Shown here: positions 59,207-64,000 of the stretch, piece after piece
Layout: every line of letters starts with the position of its first letter
How positions within the stretch are numbered: position 1 is the stretch's first letter
Assembly (NCBI GenBank): GCA_965222155.1
Contig: CBDCTH010000004.1
Location: 256,001-320,000, forward strand
Direction: 5' to 3'
From: Gammaproteobacteria bacterium
GTDB lineage: Bacteria; Pseudomonadota; Gammaproteobacteria; Eutrophobiales; Eutrophobiaceae
Length of the DNA: 64,000 nucleotides
Notes under the pieces: generated by a model
What the model was told of the DNA's origin: nothing
The model's database searches: none
The model's input: the letters and a program-made list of their open reading frames with translations, nothing else
Program-made: the position numbers and the translations under genes

Positions 59207-60447
59207 GTAGAAAATTAATGCCTGTCATCATACTCGCCGTACTCCTCGGTCTGGCCTTCCTGGTGTTGCGTAACCCGCCGCAGGCTGATCGAAGCGAGGC
59301 GCCCGCCGCAGCGAAACTCGCAGTGGACGTGATGAAACTGGAGCGGCAGCCTTACCGGGTGAACCTGCAGAGTTACGGCACAGTGCAGCCGCGCACACAG
59401 AGCATACTGGTGGCGCAGGTGTTTGGTGAAATCACCTCCATCAATGACAGCCTGAGAACAGGCGGTTTTTTTGAGAAAGGCGAAAAATTGCTCAGTATTG
59501 ATCAAAGGGATTATCTCGCCGATGTAAAAATTTCGGACGCATCGTTGATGGGAGCGAAACAAGCGCTGGCCGAGGAGGAGGCCCGTTCCGTGCAGGCGCT
59601 GGAGGACTGGAACCGCCTGGGCAACCAGGGCGAGGCGCCGGACCTGGTACTGCGCAAGCCGCAACTGGCGGCAGCCGAAGCCGGCGTGATTTCAGCGCAA
59701 TCCGCACTGGACAAGGCGCGCCTGGAACTGGAACGCACCCACATCGTCGCGCCCTACGCGGGACGCGTCAGGAACAAGCTGGTGGACCAGGGGCAGGTGG
59801 TGAACAAAAACTCGCCGCTGGCGGAAATCTACGCCGTGGATTTTGTTGAAATACGCCTGCCGATACGCAACCGTGACCTGACCTTTATCAACCTGCCGGA
59901 AGACTACCGGTTTGACGCCGGGGAGCCGGCTGACGGTCCGCGGGTGACGATCCGTTCGGAACTGGGAGGCGGTTCGGAATGGCAGGGCAGGGTGGTGCGC
60001 ACCGAAGGCGCCATCGATGACAGCGCCAGGCAGTTGCACGTGGTGGCGCAGGTCGATGATCCCTTTGGTGTCCATGCCCGGGGCAAAACGCCCTTGAAGA
60101 TAGGCCAGTACGTGACGGCGGAATTGCAGGGCAGGCAGGTGCAGGACGCCCTGGTGATACCGAGCCAGGCCATTTACCAGAGTGGTTATGTCTATATTGT
60201 GGAAGCCGGTATATTGCAGCGGCGCGATATTGAAATCGCTTGGCAGAACCAGGCAGAGGCATTACTGGACAGTGGCCTCAGCGAGGGCGATATGCTGGTA
60301 TTGACTTCTCTCGGACAAGTGAGTTCCGGCGTGCCGGTGACCATATCTAAGCGGTCGCGTAACGAATCCGGGGACGGATTTGAAAATCCGTCCCCTTTGG
60401 CGTTGGATGAATTGCCGGGCAGTTCAACGGGCAGGATGCAGTTATGA
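59203..60447 (+). CDS. RND periplasmic adaptor subunit
   Basis: SYGTVQPR, LERTHIVAPYAG, GRVVRTEG, PLKIGQYV. Confidence 0.9.
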   Translation: MSRKLMPVIILAVLLGLAFLVLRNPPQADRSEAPAAAKLAVDVMKLERQPYRVNLQSYGTVQPRTQSILVAQVFGEITSINDSLRTGGFFEKGEKLLSIDQRDYLADVKISDASLMGAKQALAEEEARSVQALEDWNRLGNQGEAPDLVLRKPQLAAAEAGVISAQSALDKARLELERTHIVAPYAGRVRNKLVDQGQVVNKNSPLAEIYAVDFVEIRLPIRNRDLTFINLPEDYRFDAGEPADGPRVTIRSELGGGSEWQGRVVRTEGAIDDSARQLHVVAQVDDPFGVHARGKTPLKIGQYVTAELQGRQVQDALVIPSQAIYQSGYVYIVEAGILQRRDIEIAWQNQAEALLDSGLSEGDMLVLTSLGQVSSGVPVTISKRSRNESGDGFENPSPLALDELPGSSTGRMQL

Positions 60448-63400
60448 TCGACTGGTTTGCAAGAAACCATGTAGCCGCTAACCTGTTGCTGTTCAGCATC
60501 ATCATCGGCGGGCTTTTATCGCTCAAAACGACGCTGAAACTGGATCTGTTTCCGGAGATCGAACCCGACGTCATCAATGTGTTCGTGCCCCTGCGTGGCG
60601 CGACACCCGAGGATATGGAGCTGGGTGTCGCTATCCGCATCGAGGAAGCGGTACAGGACCTGGAAGGTATCGACAGGATAATCAGCCGTTCCGTCGAAGG
60701 CAGCGCCAGGGTCAGCATAGAAGTGGATTCCGACTATGAGCCGCGGGAACTGCTCAACGATATAAAGAATCGGGTCGATTCCATCAATACCTTCCCTGCC
60801 GATACGGAAAAACCGGTAGTGAGCCTGGCGCAACGCACGCGTCCGGTGATGTCGGTGGTGGTAGCCGGCAATTACAGCGAAGGGGAGATCCGCAGTTTCG
60901 CCGAGCAGGTGCGCGATGATTTATTGCGTATCGATGGTATTACACAGATCACGCTGGACGCCGTCAGAAAATATGAGATCAGTATAGAAGCGTCCCAGGA
61001 TCGTTTGCGGGAATTCAACCTGACCCTGGCGGATATTGCCCGCTCCGTACAGCGCAGTTCGCTGGATATCTCTGCCGGCAACGTTCGCACTGACGGGGGT
61101 GACGTGCTCATCCGGTCCAAGGGACAGGCCTACCGGCGCGCGCAATTTGAAGATATCGTAGTCAAGACCAACCCCGACGGCAGCATTATCCGCGTAGCCG
61201 ACGTCGCAGAGGTCAACGACGGTTTCGAAGAAGTCCTGTTGAAGGCCGGCTTCAATGGCGAGTTTGCCGCCATGATCCAGGTATTCCGGGTAGGCGACCA
61301 GGACGTCCTGGACGTCGCGCAAAAGGTGAAGGACTATATCGCGGCGAGACAGGCTACGCTGCCGGCAGGCATGATCCTGGACTACTGGAACGACCGCTCT
61401 TCCTTTCTGAAGGCGCGTCTCGGTACGCTGGTCAAAAACGGCATACAAGGCAGTATCCTGGTGATTGTCCTGTTGACGATGTTCCTGAGGCCGGCCGTGG
61501 CGTTCTGGGTATTCATCGGTATCCCGGTCAGTTTTCTGGGCGCGCTGATGCTCATGCCGCTCGGCGGTGTCAGCATCAATATGCTCAGTCTGTTCGGCTT
61601 TATTGTCGTGCTCGGTATCGTGGTCGATGACGCCATCGTCACCGGGGAAAACATCTACACCCGCCTGCGCGAGGGAGGTGACCCCCTCGTCGCTTCCATC
61701 CAGGGCACCAAACAGGTCGCGGTACCGGTGACCTTCGGTATCCTGACGACCATCGCGGCCTTCAGCCCGCTGGCATTTGTCGAGGGACGCATGGGTGATT
61801 TTATGGGAGCGATACCCGCCGTTGTCATTCCGTGCCTGGTGTTTTCCCTGATCGAGTCGAAATTTGTGCTGCCGGCGCATTTGAAAACCGTCAGGGTACG
61901 CAATGACCCTGCGACACTCTCAGGCTTCAGCAGGTTTCAGCAGCGCTTTGCCGACGGGTTTGAACAGTTCATCATAGATTATTACCGGCCTGTACTGCGC
62001 TATTCCCTGAACAACCGCTATTCGGTCATCGCCGCGTTCCTGGGTCTCCTGGTGCTGACGCTGGCGCTGGTGCTGAGTGGCTGGGCCAGGTTCGTATTTT
62101 TCCCGCGCATAGAAGGAGATGTTGCCACCGTCACCCTGACCATGCCGGTAGGCACGCCATTCCAGGTCACCGACAGGCACATGCAGCGCATCACCGATGC
62201 TACGTTTGAGTTAAAGCGTAAGTATACCAATGGCGCAGGCGGGGAGCCGATTATTCGCAATATTTTATCCACTACGGGCTCGGCAAATATTCCGTCAGCA
62301 GGAGGACCGGGAGGCACTCTGACCAGCGGTGATAATTATGGGCAGGTCATCATTGAGGCGGTGCCTTCCGATGAACGTCTCACCGATATTCGAACAAATG
62401 ACCTGCTCAAGGAATGGCGCCGGAAGATCGGCGGCATACCCGGCGCTGAAGCGCTGACTTATCGCGCCGAACTCCTTCGCACCGGGGACCCGATCAGTAT
62501 TCAGTTCAGCGCCCGCTCCCTGGAGACCCTGGCAAAAATAGGCGAACAGGTAAAACAACGTTTGATGACCTATCCGACGGTCTTTGATATCGCCGACAGC
62601 CTCTCCGACGGCAAGGAAGAGCTGCAGATCGAACTGACTCCGCAGGGTCACGTACTGGGCCTCACGCGCGCGGCGATAGCGAATCAGGTCAGCGAGGCGT
62701 TTCGCGGCTTTGAAGCACAACGCATTCAGCGCGGGCGCGATGACATACGCGTGATTGTGCGTCTGCCGAGGGAGGAGAGAAGAACCACGGCAACGCTGGA
62801 TGAATACCTGATCACCGCGCCGGACGGCCGCCAGGTGCCGCTCTCCCACGTGGCAACGCTGACACCGGGCAAGGGCCCGGCAACGATTACCCGTATCGAT
62901 CGCGAGCGCACCATGACCGTCTCGGCCGATATCGACAAGCAGCAGACGAACATGACGGTATTGCGCGCGGACCTGGACCGGTACCTGCATGCGCTGATAG
63001 CCGGCTACCCCGGCGTTACCTATTCGTTTGAGGGCGAGGCAAAGGAACAACGCGAATCGTTTGCCAGTCTGCAATTGGGCATGGTTGCGATACTGTTTGT
63101 CATTTATATATTACTGGCACTGCCCCTCAAGTCCTACACCCAGCCGCTGATCGTCATGTCGGTGATCCCGTTCGGTGTCATCGGCGCAATATGGGGACAC
63201 TGGATAATGGGGCGCGAATTGTGCTTTCCAAGCATGCTCGGTGTGATGGCCCTGGCCGGTGTGGTCGTCAATGACAGCCTGGTGCTGGTGGATTTTATCA
63301 ACCAGAAGAGGGCACAGGGCATGGCTGTGCTGGACGCGGTATTGAATGCCGGGGTTGTCCGCTTCAGGCCGGTGATGCTGACCTCGTTGACAACCTTCTT

Positions 63401-63599
63401 CGGTCTGCTGCCGCTGCTTTTCGAGAAGTCGGTACAGGCACAGTTCCTGATCCCCATGGGCATCTCACTCGGCTTCGGCATCCTGTTCGCAACAGCCATC
63501 ACCCTGATCATGATCCCCGTCAACATCATAATCGCCGACGACATCCGCCGCTTCCTGCTTATATCATCGTTCCTGCGCAAGGAGGAATCCACACACTAA
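60444..63599 (+). CDS. RND efflux permease (AcrB/AcrD/AcrF family)
   Basis: FARNHVAANLL, LGIVVDDAIV, GVVVNDSLVLV, RFRPVMLTSLTT. Confidence 0.93.
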   Translation: MIDWFARNHVAANLLLFSIIIGGLLSLKTTLKLDLFPEIEPDVINVFVPLRGATPEDMELGVAIRIEEAVQDLEGIDRIISRSVEGSARVSIEVDSDYEPRELLNDIKNRVDSINTFPADTEKPVVSLAQRTRPVMSVVVAGNYSEGEIRSFAEQVRDDLLRIDGITQITLDAVRKYEISIEASQDRLREFNLTLADIARSVQRSSLDISAGNVRTDGGDVLIRSKGQAYRRAQFEDIVVKTNPDGSIIRVADVAEVNDGFEEVLLKAGFNGEFAAMIQVFRVGDQDVLDVAQKVKDYIAARQATLPAGMILDYWNDRSSFLKARLGTLVKNGIQGSILVIVLLTMFLRPAVAFWVFIGIPVSFLGALMLMPLGGVSINMLSLFGFIVVLGIVVDDAIVTGENIYTRLREGGDPLVASIQGTKQVAVPVTFGILTTIAAFSPLAFVEGRMGDFMGAIPAVVIPCLVFSLIESKFVLPAHLKTVRVRNDPATLSGFSRFQQRFADGFEQFIIDYYRPVLRYSLNNRYSVIAAFLGLLVLTLALVLSGWARFVFFPRIEGDVATVTLTMPVGTPFQVTDRHMQRITDATFELKRKYTNGAGGEPIIRNILSTTGSANIPSAGGPGGTLTSGDNYGQVIIEAVPSDERLTDIRTNDLLKEWRRKIGGIPGAEALTYRAELLRTGDPISIQFSARSLETLAKIGEQVKQRLMTYPTVFDIADSLSDGKEELQIELTPQGHVLGLTRAAIANQVSEAFRGFEAQRIQRGRDDIRVIVRLPREERRTTATLDEYLITAPDGRQVPLSHVATLTPGKGPATITRIDRERTMTVSADIDKQQTNMTVLRADLDRYLHALIAGYPGVTYSFEGEAKEQRESFASLQLGMVAILFVIYILLALPLKSYTQPLIVMSVIPFGVIGAIWGHWIMGRELCFPSMLGVMALAGVVVNDSLVLVDFINQKRAQGMAVLDAVLNAGVVRFRPVMLTSLTTFFGLLPLLFEKSVQAQFLIPMGISLGFGILFATAITLIMIPVNIIIADDIRRFLLISSFLRKEESTH

Positions 63600-63684
63600 C
63601 CAATCCGATACCACCATTCCTGCGTAAGCAGGAATCCAGTCTGGATGCCGGGTCAAGCCCGGCATGACGACTAGGCCAACAACG

Positions 63685-63807
63685 AACTAATTTGGGACAC
63701 CCATAAATTAGGACGGCAAACTAATTTGGGACACCCATAAATTAGGACGGCAAACTAATTTGGGACACCCATCAAACTAATTTGGGACATCCATAAATTA
63801 GGACGGC
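63685..63807. repeat. Tandem 34-bp repeat AACTAATTTGGGACACCCATAAATTAGGACGGCA
   Basis: Two full, one truncated and one variant copy, head-to-tail with no spacers. Confidence 0.85.
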
Positions 63808-63822
63808 TGATTCTGGCCCCGA

Positions 63823-64000
63823 CTACCTCTCAATTTCCCGCGGCCACACCCGCTGTTTTTCCTCAAACGGCAGGAAACTGCACACCGCGGCGTCATCGTT
63901 GATGCGGTCGAAGTCTTCCTCGGTGAGGCCCAGTTCGCTGTGCAGGATGTCATACTCGTGGCACAGGTCGATGCCGAACAGGTGCGGGTCGTCCGAGTTT
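63823..64000 (-). CDS. Adenosine/adenine deaminase, C-terminal end (partial at window edge)
   Basis: Manual translation NSDDPHLFGIDLCHEY...SFLPFEEKQRVWPREIER*. Confidence 0.75.
   Translation of the reverse strand, partial: NSDDPHLFGIDLCHEYDILHSELGLTEEDFDRINDDAAVCSFLPFEEKQRVWPREIER

Noticed and set aside
63685-63807. Possible CRISPR array (34-bp repeats)
   Set aside because: Units are head-to-tail with no unique spacers, and there are no cas genes in the window.

Overview
Window from a moderately GC-rich, Gammaproteobacteria-like chromosome. No rRNA, tRNA, CRISPR array or intact transposase was seen. Core genes: a moxR-DUF58-bat operon, ilvD, argE, argA, apbE, icd-aceK, actP, trhO-cmoB, trpE with an attenuator, nupC-deoD/deoC, two adenosine deaminases, tandem DUF3604 genes and an RND efflux operon. 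Three AT-richer accessory patches are embedded. (i) 7.27-11.92 kb: a translationally coupled ABC-ATPase(DUF3696)-PIN-RNA ligase operon followed by a DEDDh exonuclease-BRCT gene and a protein with an internally duplicated unknown domain. This is the best candidate for an undescribed RNA cleave/repair defence or conflict system. (ii) 18.8-21.3 kb: duplicated zeta-like ATPase genes flanking small cargo. (iii) 30.5-32.2 kb: a frameshifted HipA-like kinase plus a HipS-HIRAN partner. The 27-36 kb catabolic cluster is eroding by internal deletions that keep both gene ends. At least six short palindromic repeat/MITE families are dispersed, several contributing to protein termini. One IR-flanked element occurs in opposite orientations in front of two DUF3604 paralogs and appears to supply their start codons. 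All calls come from motif recognition by eye; no database searches were run.
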